The translations under genes and the position numbers were made by a program. The notes under the pieces were generated by a model. That model was not told where the DNA came from. It searched no databases and worked only from the letters and a program-made list of their open reading frames with translations. DNA of 64,000 nt from the human T2T-CHM13v2.0 reference genome, Homo sapiens, in the NCBI RefSeq assembly GCF_009914755.1, contig NC_060946.1. One strand, given 5' to 3'. Position 1 is the stretch's first letter. The number at the start of each line of letters is the position of its first letter. Of this stretch, positions 27,917 to 39,552 are shown in pieces.

Positions 27917-30124
27917 CCCTGAAGTACAATTTTCGCTAATTCCCAGTGGGACTTGGTTTTGCATGGCACTAATCTGGCCAACATCCTGGCTAAGAATGAG
28001 GCCTGTGGGCTGCCTATGTTGCAGACCACAGATGCATATCATCTGTGTTGGACTTGGCCTTAAGTTTGGAGCCAGCTAGCAAGATCCAAGCTTGTGTATG
28101 ATTAAGGAAAAGGGGATAGTAGGGACTGAGAGATGAATTTATCTGGTGGATACAAAACTCTCCTTGATGGTCAGGTTTTCAGTGGGAAAGGGCTGACTCT
28201 GAACCCAGCTGGGTTTCCTTCTTAGAGTGGTTTATAGCTGCTGCGGTTAGCACCCTTGTACCCTGGGGGACCCAGAGAGTAAGAACAGCAGCTGTGAAGA
28301 GGAAGCCAGTTGGGGAATCTGTTTTCTTGCATTTCCTTCTGTTCTTTTGACTGTATTTGGGTCTTGGAGGACTGGGATTGCTAGGGGAGATCACAAGCCT
28401 TGGAAAGAGTCAAAGAGTCACCATCTGCTGCACAAACCCACACTTTGTTTTCTGCCAACTGCATCCTTAGGCACTTGGAAGACAAAACAGATGAGGAACA
28501 CACAGTAAGTCAGGTGGGTTCACGTGTTCCCAAACTTCCCTGGCAACTCTGATAATAAAAGTCACCAGAGGAGTTTTTCAATCATCAGCTTCCCAAGACC
28601 CACCCCTGGAGATTCAGATGTGATGGGTCTGAATTCTGTGGAGTTGGGGTTGGAGATTAGAAAAACACTCTAGCCCACCCAGCAGAGACAAACAAAATGA
28701 GAGGGAAAGGGAAGAGGCTGATTCAAGCTGAGGAGGAGGATGCCAAGTGACATCAATACCCCATATTTCTTAAAAGAGCTAGTAGCATGGTCTTTGGGGT
28801 CATAAAAACCAAGATTTGAAACCCAGCTTTGCTGTGTGACCTCAAAAAGTGATTTAACATCCCAAAACTTCACTTTGATCATTCATAAAATAGGAACAAT
28901 AATTTCTGCCTGATACGGTTGAGAAGGAATTAAAAAGGAGGCAATGGATGCAAAGCCCTCTTCATTACTCAACAAAGCAATCACAATTAAAACATTATAA
29001 ATATCACTGTTATTTTGGCCAAGGTGAATTGATGTGCTTTTTGTCACCTCCTTGTGTGCAGATGACACAACTTGTTTTTCCAATCTTGCTCTCTCTCTCC
29101 TCTCTCTCATCCCCACTTATAATTAAGGGGTAATGTTTGCAAAGGAGCTGGCTGGCCAGATAACCCAAAAAAAAACCCCCAACATCCGCCAGTGTTGGGA
29201 TTTAGCAGTCACCTTTTCCAATTTAGCAGGGTTAACAAATGGATCTAAGAATAATTGTCAATTCCCTGGTCATTTCAAAAACCCAACAATGTCTGAGCTA
29301 GAAAGGCCCTTCTTTCATATGCAGTCTGGCTGCCCATTTGACACATAGAGAAGATGCAGAGAAGAGGAGACCCATGCAAAGTCATGCTAGTGAATAGTGG
29401 CCAAGATGGGACACCACCCAGATCCCTCAGCTCCTGGTTGTATCCAAGTACTTTGTGTTGTACCACAGCTGGGTCTTGGAAGCTGGGTGTCCTGACCCCT
29501 CCCCCCTGCTCTTTTTGTCCCTATGCCCTCTTTTCACTCCACAGTCTACAAAGATGGTCAACATCAATCATTTTAGAAAAGCGACAGTGAGCATAAAAGC
29601 CATTGTTTTGAGGCAGATCCACGTCTGGTCTAATCCAACAAGGTAGATAGAATACCTCCATTATACAAAAGAGGCTGCTGAACCTCAGCAAGGTTCAAGG
29701 ACTTGCCCAGACTCACTCAGCTCATAACTGTAACAGGCAGGATTTGAACCCTAACTCTGAAGCTTCACTACTCCCCACCTTGGACTAGGAAATCTGCCTG
29801 ATGCCTGAATGACCTTGACCTGCCCTCATGCCATCCACTCACGCTGCTCCCAGATACCCATTCCTGGCCCAGCATCACTGGCGGCCTGGAAGGAACACTG
29901 GCTGGTAATCAATGTTACACAACAGGAACATTTGTTGATGCCAGTTGCAAACTGTTGCAGTCTATATAGATTAAGCCACCGCCGCCAACTCCATGAAAGT
30001 AAATGAGCCTCTCCAACGACTGCTGAAATAAATTTAAATGACAGCACTGGAGGGCCTGGAGACTGTAGCTGAGTGAGTGTCTCCCTGCAGAAAATCGACA
30101 AGGACAGCTATCAGTCCGAGGGCC

Positions 30125-30202
30125 TTTGTCCCCGTGATGTAATTCCTCTCTATCTAGACATCTTCACGGGGATGTTCTGATTGCTCCAGTTTCCTGCCGA
30201 GG
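30125..30202. repeat. Copy B of a 78-bp hairpin-forming duplicated element
   Basis: 70/78 ungapped identity to 27839-27916 by manual alignment. Confidence 0.9.
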
Positions 30203-30499
30203 GGCTGTGATTGCAATGACAAGAGTAAAAACCATGACGGCAGCTGGCATTTGCTAAGCACTCACTACGGGTGAGGCGCTGTCCTAAGTGCTTTGCATAC
30301 ATCAACTCGCTGAATGATGGCAACCCCAGGAAATAGGAAATAATAGCCCCATTTGACAGCTGAGGGAACTGAGGCTTGGAGAGTGAAGTCATTAACCAGC
30401 AATTGGCAGAACTGGGTCTTTAAAAAGCAAACAAAGCTGGTTTCCAGCACCATTCTGCCAGACAGCTGCCTGGGCCAGCCCTTCTTTAAAATGACTATT

Positions 30500-31001
<502 letters not shown>

Positions 31002-31213
31002 TTACCAGCTTTATCCCCCGTACTCTCCACTTGTGCTCCAAAACCCCTTGCAATTCTTTTGTGCCCACCTCTGCCCAGCCTCCAAGCCTCCATGGGTCTT
31101 CACACAGTCCTCTGTTCTGAATCTGCCTCGTGACTCTGAATCCTAAAACATTTCTGTGTCTCCCACAAGGTCACTCTTACATTCCTTCAGTTTAAAATGT
31201 ACCTCCCCCAACC

Positions 31214-31870
31214 CTGCTTTTACACTGTTGGTGGGAATGTAAATTAATTCAACCATTGTGGAAGATGGTGCTGAGATTCCTCAAAGATCTGGAACCAGAA
31301 ATAGCATTTGACTCAGCAATCCCATTACTGGGTCCCATTACATATATACCCAAAGGAATATAAATCATTCTGTTACAAAGATACATGCATGCACATGTTC
31401 ATTGCTGCACTATTCACAATAGCAAAGACGTGGAATCAACCTAATGCCCATCAATGATAGACTGGATAAAGAAAATGTGGTACATGTACACCATGGAATA
31501 CTATGCAGCCATAAAGACAAACAAAATCATGTCCTTTGCAGGGACATAGATGGAGCTGGAAGACATTATCCCTAGCAAACTAAGGCAGGAACAGAAAACC
31601 AAACACCACATGTTCTCACTTATAAGTGGGAGTTGAACAATGAGAACACATGGACACAGGGAGGGGAGTAACACACACTGGGGCCTGTTGCGGGGTGGAG
31701 TTGGGGGAGGGAGAGCATTAGGAAAAATAGGTAATGCATGCTGGGCTTAATACCTAGCGTGGGTTGATAGGTGCAGCAAACCACCATGGCACATGTTTAC
31801 CTACGTAACAAACCTGCACATCCTGCACATAGGCCCCAGAACTTAAAATTAAAATTTAAATTTAAAAAAA
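31214..31870 (+). mobile_element. 5'-truncated L1PA (mid-age) 3' end
   Basis: acactgttggtgggaatgtaaatt...gcaaaccaccatggcacatgtttacctacgtaacaaacctgcac...A-tail. Confidence 0.9.
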
Positions 31871-32222
31871 CTCTCCTCCCCCATCCCCCAAGCCCAGCCA
31901 GAGCACACAGCTTAGAAAAGAGAGTGTGGCCTGGTGTCCATCCCCACTCATCCTCTTAGCTGCATGTCTTTGTACAGGGAACAATCTGCCCAACTGTACA
32001 TGGCATGCCTGTCCTGCAGACGGGGTTAGGGCCCGTCCTCTCTGCTCTCTTAGCACACAAGCTTTTCTCTTTCCAAGCATTCATCATATCAAATATGATT
32101 GTGTCTACTTTCCCATCCCCCTTCCCAGTACATATACAACCAGGCAGTGAGGCCCCTGTGCTTTTTGTTTCTATACTCCTAATGCTTAGCTCAGTCCTGG
32201 CATGATCAAGCCCAAGTCTTCA

Positions 32223-32520
32223 GGAAAAGGAAGGAAGGAAGGAAGGAAGGAAGGAAGGAAGGAAGGAAGGAAGGAAGGAAGGATGGAAGGAAAGAAGGAA
32301 GGAAATGAAGGAAGAAAATGAAGGAGGAAGGAAGAAAGAAAAAAATGGAAGGGGAAAGGAAGGAGGGAGGGAGGAAAGAAAGAAAGAAAGGAAGGAAGGA
32401 AGGAAGGAGGAAGGAAAGAAGGAAGGAGGGAGGGTGGGAGGAAAAGAAGGAAGAAAAGAGAAAGAGGGAGAGAGGGAAGGAGGAGAAAAAAGAAAGGAAG
32501 GGAGGGAGGGAGAAAGGAGA
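32223..32520. repeat. (GGAA)13 perfect run (32229-32280) within a GA-rich tract
   Basis: Seen directly. Confidence 0.95.
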
Positions 32521-32647
32521 AGTTGGTTTAGAGGCCAGCCGGACGAGCTTTGGGCACCGCCCTTAGGAGGGCCACCCTCAGAGTCTGACAGCAGGTGAAG
32601 GTCCTAAATCTCCCCAAACTAACTGGTGTCTTTTCTCCTCTTCCAAG

Positions 32648-33388
32648 ATGCTCTTCCCGAGGGAGATGCTAGCCCTTTGGGTCCTTACCTCCTGCCCTCA
32701 GGAGCCCCGGAGAGAGGCAGTCCTGGCAAAGAGCACCCTGAAGAGAGAGTGGTAACAGCGCCCCCCAGTTCCTCACAGTCGGCGGAAGTGCTGGGCGAGC
32801 TGGTGCTGGATGGGACCGCACCCTCTGCACATCACGACATCCCAGCCCTGTCACCGCTGCTTCCAGAGGAGGCCCGCCCCAAGCACGCCTTGCCCCCCAA
32901 GAAGAAACTGCCTTCGCTCAAGCAGGTGAACTCTGCCAGGAAGCAGCTGAGGCCCAAGGCCACCTCCGCAGCCACTGTCCAAAGGGCAGGGTCCCAGCCA
33001 GCGTCCCAGGGCCTAGATCTCCTCTCCTCCTCCACGGAGAAGCCTGGCCCACCGGGGGACCCGGACCCCATCGTGGCCTCCGAGGAGGCATCAGAAGTGC
33101 CCCTTTGGCTGGATCGAAAGGAGAGTGCGGTCCCTACAACACCCGCACCCCTGCAAATCTCCCCCTTCACTTCGCAGCCCTATGTGGCCCACACACTCCC
33201 CCAGAGGCCAGAACCCGGGGAGCCTGGGCCTGACATGGCCCAGGAGGCCCCCCAGGAGGACACCAGCCCCATGGCCCTGATGGACAAAGGTGAGAATGAG
33301 CTGACTGGGTCAGCCTCAGAGGAGAGCCAGGAGACCACTACCTCCACCATTATCACCACCACGGTCATCACCACCGAGCAAGCACCAG
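32648..33388 (+). CDS. SEZ6L: SEZ6L coding exon 2 (741 nt, phase 1-1): Pro/Ser/Thr-rich N-terminal extracellular region, DALPEGDASP...VITTEQAP
   Basis: ORF 32626..33432 matches the SEZ6L protein as I recall it. Acceptor ttttctcctcttccaag with CTAAC branch motif upstream; donor CCAG|gtatgc. Confidence 0.97.
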
Positions 33389-33562
33389 GTATGCAGCCCC
33401 CAACTCCTGAAGCCATCCTGAAACAGCCATGAGGCACTCACTATGTTCAGGGCATGTGGGTAGAGGAATCTCAAGAAGCCCCGGCCCCACCATCAGTTAC
33501 CGTCCATTGAGCACTGACTATGAGCTTCGCCCTGTGGCTCAGAATTAATAGCCTCATTTCAT

Positions 33563-33868
33563 TTGTTTGTTGTTTTGGGGGGTTGTTTTAGCAAAGGGGT
33601 CTTGATCTTTCGCCCAGGCTGGAGTGCCATGGCACGATCATAGCTCACTGCAGCCTCAAACTCCTGTGCTCAAGTGATCCTCTTGCCTCAGCCTCTTGAG
33701 TAGCTGGGACTACAAGCATGCACTATGATGTCCAGCTAATTTTTTTGTTTTTTGTAGAAAGGGGGTCTTGCTTATTGTCCAGGCTGGGGAACTCCTGGGC
33801 TCAAGCAATCCTCCCACCTCAGCCTCCCAAAGCACTGGGATTACAGGCATGAGCCAGGACACTCAGCC
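33563..33868 (-). mobile_element. AluJ
   Basis: gatcatagctcactgcagcctc...gggctcaagcaatcctcccacc. Confidence 0.9.
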
Positions 33869-34533
33869 AACATCCCCATTTTAAAGATGAGACAACTGAA
33901 ACCCTGAGACCCCCAAGCAACCTGCCAAAGGTCACACAGCTAATGAGCAAGATTCAAAACCTTTTCATCTTGGAACGGAATTCTTCATTTAACCTGCTTC
34001 AAAGCCACTAGCCTTTTCAAAGCACATTTGCTTTTAGCATTACATGTATTTTCTAGACTTGATAAAATGCTCTTCTGTGTTCCAGTCTTCTCTACCATCT
34101 TTAAAATGGGAGAAGGACCCCCAATTGTCAAGCATACATGGATTTTGGACAAGTGCAATGTGGCCACCCTTCAAAGCACGTGAGCTCTGGGTCCAAATCC
34201 TGCTTGCTGTTTGAGCTCGGCCCCTCTCTGAGCTTTTGTTTACTTCCCTCTAAACTGGGGATGAAATATTATCAGTCCCTATGAGAATAAGTGGGGTCAC
34301 CCCTGTTGACTAGCTAAAATGGTGCCTAGCAGGATATAGTAAGTGATCATTCTGTGTCAATTATTGCTATTTTTATTATCATGTCAATTCTGGAGCTGAG
34401 GAATTAACAGCAGAAGGACAGATGGGAACAGCAAAATGCAGGTTCCCCTAAAGCCCCCATTCCACCCCACAGCCCATGGTTGAGCTTACATCCAAGTTGT
34501 CTTTGGTGTCCTAATTAAAGTCCTTCCTTCCAG

Positions 34534-34667
34534 CTCTCTGCAGTGTGAGCTTCTCCAATCCTGAGGGGTACATTGACTCCAGCGACTACCCACTGCTGCC
34601 CCTCAACAACTTTCTGGAGTGCACATACAACGTGACAGTCTACACTGGCTATGGGGTGGAGCTCCAG
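34534..34667 (+). CDS. SEZ6L: SEZ6L exon 3 (134 nt): N-half of CUB1, ALCSVSFSNPEGYIDSSDY...GVELQ
   Basis: Acceptor tccttccttccag; donor CAG|gtaacc; in frame with exons 2 and 4; ORF 34545..34760. Confidence 0.97.
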
Positions 34668-34928
34668 GTAACCCCAGGAGAGTACCTCACAGAGGCTGCC
34701 TCGTCTAGCAGGAAGTCTCAGGAGGATTGTCTGAGTCAGGCTTACTGTTATGCTAACTAGTTTGGTTCTGTCTTTGCCCAACCAGGCCAACTTTAGCTGG
34801 GTTTTGGCGAATGAGTAGGAGTTCTTAACTCAATGCTTTGCTAAAATAGCTTGTGGGGATAGAGGGAACATGCTGACAAATTCTGAGGTATTTCCCAGAA
34901 GGAAAATCCCTTGATACTCTGCTTATCT

Positions 34929-34961
34929 CACACACACATACACACACGCATGCACGTGCAT

Positions 34962-35007
<46 letters not shown>

Positions 35008-35225
35008 TCCACCTGATTCATTTGATTCTTTCTTGCTTGCTTGCTTCCTTATTTCTCTTTCTCTTTCTTTCTTGCTTGCTTGCTTGCTTCCTGCTTTCTT
35101 GCTTCTTTCTCTTTCTCTTTCTTTCTTTCTTTCTTGCTTGCTTGCTTGCTTCCTGCTTTCTTGCTTCTTTCTCTTTCTCTTTCTTTCTTTCTTTCTTTCT
35201 TTCTTGCTTGCTTGCTTGCTTTCCT
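34929..35225. repeat. (CA)n followed by a compound (CTTG/CTTT)n tract with ~60-bp higher-order units
   Basis: Seen directly. Confidence 0.92.
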
Positions 35226-37131
35226 TCATTTTCTGGTTATTAGGACATTTTATTCTTAAACTTTTGCCCATACAGTAAGAAAGGAAAAGCAGGGTGGCAT
35301 AATGCTCAAACATCTGGGTTTTAAGTCCTACCTCTTCCAGTTAAAACTGCGTGACTTTGAACAAGGAACTTCACCTCTCTGAGCCTCAGTTTCCCGATCA
35401 ATAAAATAGGAATAATGTTACTGCTTTGTAAAGTTTGGGGGAGCAGTAAATATGACAATGCAGAGATCATTTGGCCACAGCCCAGCAGAGAGAGAGGGAG
35501 GAGAGAGAGAGAAATCATTTGGTCAGAGCCCAGCAGAAATCGCGACCATGCAGTGCATGTTATCCATTATCTTCAGTATGCTAATCACCCTGAATGTGTT
35601 CCTTTTTCTCATGGGAAATAAAGAGCCATCAAAAGTTTCTGAGCTGGGGCAGGTGTATGACCTTACCTTAGGAAGGTTTTTTGTTTTTGTTTTTGTTTTA
35701 CTTGTATAAGAGAGACAAAAGGTAAGCCCCTCAGCAGTAGAACCTGTAGTCTTTGCAGTCCCCAGAGCTTTGCACAAGTGTGTGGCACATTGTAGGTCCT
35801 TAATAATTGTTCATGGAATTAAAATAAACTGGAGAAAACCTGCAGTCCAGATTATTATAGTGCTTAAGAACCCTTTCCTCCATGTCATGAAGAGTATTGG
35901 ACCCAGTATGTGTCCAGTACTGTGTGGAGCCTTTTACCAGGCACAGTAGAGTTCATTCATTGAGCAATTAGAATGCACCAGGCAAAGCTGTTGACACAGG
36001 AGAATATGTTGATGTAAAAAACTGATGCAATGCCTGCCCTAAAAGAGAAATACGTAGGATGCCATTTAGTAGGGACTCTAATTGGTGTTTTAGAGGTTGT
36101 TGTAGAATCGCAGCAAAGGAACAGGCAAACTCCTTGGCAATCAGGGAAGGTCTCATAGAGGAGGGCAATTTTAATGGGGCTTTGGTGAATGAGTAGGAGT
36201 TCATCAAAGAGAAAAGAGGATAAGATATAGGGCCTGAAGGAAGAAGAGCTTGTGGGTAAGGCCTGCCCTGTTTAGAGGAGAGGCAGAGAAACTAAAGTTC
36301 CAAGCCCTACTCATAAAAGCGTAAGTCTTCAAATTAGGCATTGAGACCTGACTAAATTCTCCCTTACACACACACGCGCACATACCATTTGTTCAGCCTC
36401 CCTGCGTACAACTAAAGTATCTCGCTTCTTTCTTCTCAAATCCCACAGAGTGTAAATGGCAAAGCAAGTGTCTGATTCTTTGAGATAGGGGTTGATTGTC
36501 CTGCAGTTGTAGCCACCACTGGGGAGAATAAGAGAATGGGCCAGAGAGTGCCCTAGAAATGAGGCCCCCACCCCTCACTTACCAATTTATGCAGAAAATG
36601 GAAGAATATATTCAATCTTTTTTAAATATTTTCTGAGCACTTAATATGTGCCAGGTACTATTCTAGGCACTGGAAACATTGAACAGCATGGAGAAATCCC
36701 TAACCTTGCAGAGTATACATTCTGGTAGAATGCTTCTCCCGGCTCCCTGGAGATTGGATCTCAAGCACAAGCTGATCCAACTGCTGCCTCCACTCACCAG
36801 CTCCAGGATAATCTATCCCACCCACTAGCATCCAGGGCCTGTGCCAAAGGCCCCTCTTACAGGACACAGCAATGGGGGCCTCACATTGCAAGTCCCTTGC
36901 AATGCCTCTGCCTTGCAGTTTGGTTTCACTCTATCCCCTTGGCTTTTGGGGAAATTAGGGGGACCTTGATATTCCCAGGGCTCCTGTGGGCTCGGCATGG
37001 GGCCCAGGGGTCCCGTTGACCAGGGGCTAGCAGTACCTGGGCCACTTTTCACTGACTTCTTTGCAACCTTAGAAGGCTCTGTCTCAAACACAACTCAGAG
37101 TTCCTCTCTGTCTGCTTCTGCCTGTTCCCAG

Positions 37132-37324
37132 GTGAAGAGTGTGAACCTGTCCGATGGGGAACTGCTCTCCATCCGCGGGGTGGACGGCCCTACCCTGACC
37201 GTCCTGGCCAACCAGACACTCCTGGTGGAGGGGCAGGTAATCCGAAGCCCCACCAACACCATCTCCGTCTACTTCCGGACCTTCCAGGACGACGGCCTTG
37301 GGACCTTCCAGCTTCACTACCAGG
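37132..37324 (+). CDS. SEZ6L: SEZ6L exon 4 (193 nt): C-half of CUB1, VKSVNLSDGELL...FQLHYQ
   Basis: Acceptor ctgttcccag; donor CAGG|gtaggg; ORF 36997..37458. Confidence 0.97.
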
Positions 37325-37382
37325 GTAGGGTCAGGCCAAGGCTGATGAAACATAGGCGTTTGCCTCAGTTTCCCTCTGGAGA

Positions 37383-37868
37383 AAAGGATTTTAAAACTTT
37401 TTGTGCCAGGGACCTCTCTGACAGTTTGGTAAAACCTACAAACCCCTTCTCAGAATAATGTTTTTAAAAGTATAAAATAAAATATATACAATTTTAAAGA
37501 AAACGGTATTACTGAGCTGCAGTTATCAAAATACTGTTATAATCTATGATGCCTTAATCTATGTGCTTTTTATTAATTCATTAAACAATGTCTTCTAGTA
37601 GTTCTTATAATTGCTGACATTTCAAAGTACTAAGGAGCATAAGAAATAGGTTGAGATATCCATTATGATATGAAAAATATCTGTGGTTTCTCTTGGTGTC
37701 AAAGTCACAGGTTCTACTACAATGTTTCAGTTTGTTGCCAGGAAAATAGCACAGCTAAGGTAGAGGTTAATGAAAATAAGCAAGCAGCTTTCCTTCATTC
37801 AAGTTCACAGGCCCTGAATTCAATATATAGATCCACTGTGCGTCCACAGACTCCTGATAAAGAGCCTT
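37383..37868 (+). mobile_element. Charlie4a-like hAT fossil
   Basis: accccttctcagaataatgtttttaaa...cagttatcaaaat...caagttcacaggccctg. Confidence 0.7.
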
Positions 37869-39227
37869 AACAGGGTACTTCTCTCTTTTCTTCTTCCTCT
37901 ACTGGTTTTCCTTTTTGTCTGTTCCTGTCTTCTCTGTTTTGCTCTCTGTTCATTCCTCTCTTCTCTTACTTCCTTTCTCCTTCCTTCTCTTCTCCTCCCT
38001 CTTTGCTTGCTTGTTTTATTTCTTCATTTCCTCCTCTCTTTCTCTTCCTTTCCACCCTCTATTTTCCCTCCCTTCTCTCTCTCTCTCCTTTCCTAGTCCC
38101 CCTTTTCTTCCCCTCTCCTCCACCCCGATTTCCTCCTATGCAGCTCCCATGACCTCAGGTCTCCTTTGCCTCACCCAGGAACTTTCCCTTGGATACTTAC
38201 CAACTGCTGAAACATCTGAATGGAAAGTGGATTCGTGAACCATGCAACCAGATATTGAGAGCCATCATGTGTTATATCAAATTGTCCAGACATTTGAAAA
38301 CAACAACAACTCATTTTCAACTTTTCTCTCACCTGTTTCTGAAACAGGTGGATGACTGCAAAGGGGAGTGTCCACTTCATCACAACTTTTCATTGTGGGA
38401 TACTGCCCTTTGCTGTTGTTGTGAATTTAAAAGCAACAACAAAAAAGAATGTGAATCATGAACTTGAATGTATTCCTCCTCATCAGTACTGAGAATAAAG
38501 ATATTCTGTGCTGCAGGAGAGGTCAGACCATGGTCTAGGGTGAAGAAGCTAGGATGAATTTGACATCCTCTTATGAAAACTGAGGAATTCAGTATGTCCC
38601 CATGCACCCTTTTACTACCCCCATCTACTGACTGCGAAGGAGGCTCTTTCTCTGTATTATCTCATTTAATCCCCACCACCACCTGTAAGGTGGAGGCACT
38701 GAGTCCTTGTCTCAAGGTGACATCGTTTTGTAAACTCACATTAGTTTTCTTTCTAAAGCCCAAGCTCCTGTCTCGCAGGCCAGTAGTTCTCGAGCTTTCA
38801 TATCCTTGGGCAATTCCCAAAGACCTGGTTCAAGCATCTGCATTTTTAACAAGCACTCAAGATGTGCACGCAGGTGGGACTAAACTTCCTGGGTGGTCTT
38901 GCCCCTCCCAGTCCCAGAGAGAAGGCCAATCTGTCTCTACATAGATAGAGATAGGCTCAAAGGAGGTATGGAAACTCATTTTTCATCCCAAACCTGCTGT
39001 CTCTGTTTAGGCAGGGTGGCGATTTTTAAGTCCCAAGAAAGTGCTAACCTGGCAGTTTCAGCCTGATATGATCAAAGAGAGTCACAAAAATACCATTCTC
39101 CAGAGCTCTGGAGTCCCCAGGGGCCTCATCTTCTCTCCCCAGCACAAACTGGCTCCCAGGATGTGGGTCAGGTTCTTGATCTGCCACTCCAAGTGATGAC
39201 TGAGTCTGCCTCTGCATTTCTTCCCAG

Positions 39228-39413
39228 CCTTCATGCTGAGCTGCAACTTTCCCCGCCGGCCTGACTCTGGGGATGTCACGGTGATGGACCTGCACTCAGG
39301 TGGGGTGGCCCACTTTCACTGCCACCTGGGCTATGAGCTCCAGGGCGCTAAGATGCTGACATGCATCAATGCCTCCAAGCCGCACTGGAGCAGCCAGGAG
39401 CCCATCTGCTCAG
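39228..39413 (+). CDS. SEZ6L: SEZ6L exon 5 (186 nt, phase 1-1): sushi/CCP domain 1, AFMLSCNFPRRP...WSSQEPICS
   Basis: Acceptor atttcttcccag; donor CAG|gtatgc; four Cys and the conserved Trp of a sushi domain. Confidence 0.97.
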
Positions 39414-39552
39414 GTATGCTCCAGCCTCAGCCGGACCAAACCTGATGGTCCAACTAAGAGGGGAAAGACCAACCTGTAGGACACCGAGAGTGACCTCAGG
39501 GAATGGCTTTCAGCCCAGGGGAAGAAACTGCTCCAAATATGGATGACTATTG

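Noticed and set aside
30442-30470. Split RE1-like motif CCAGCACC...AGACAGCTGCC
   Set aside because: Both half-sites are imperfect and the spacing is non-canonical.
32530-32600. CAG|GTGAAG as the donor of a mini-exon spliced to exon 2
   Set aside because: The implied intron would be only ~53 nt, below the usual human minimum.
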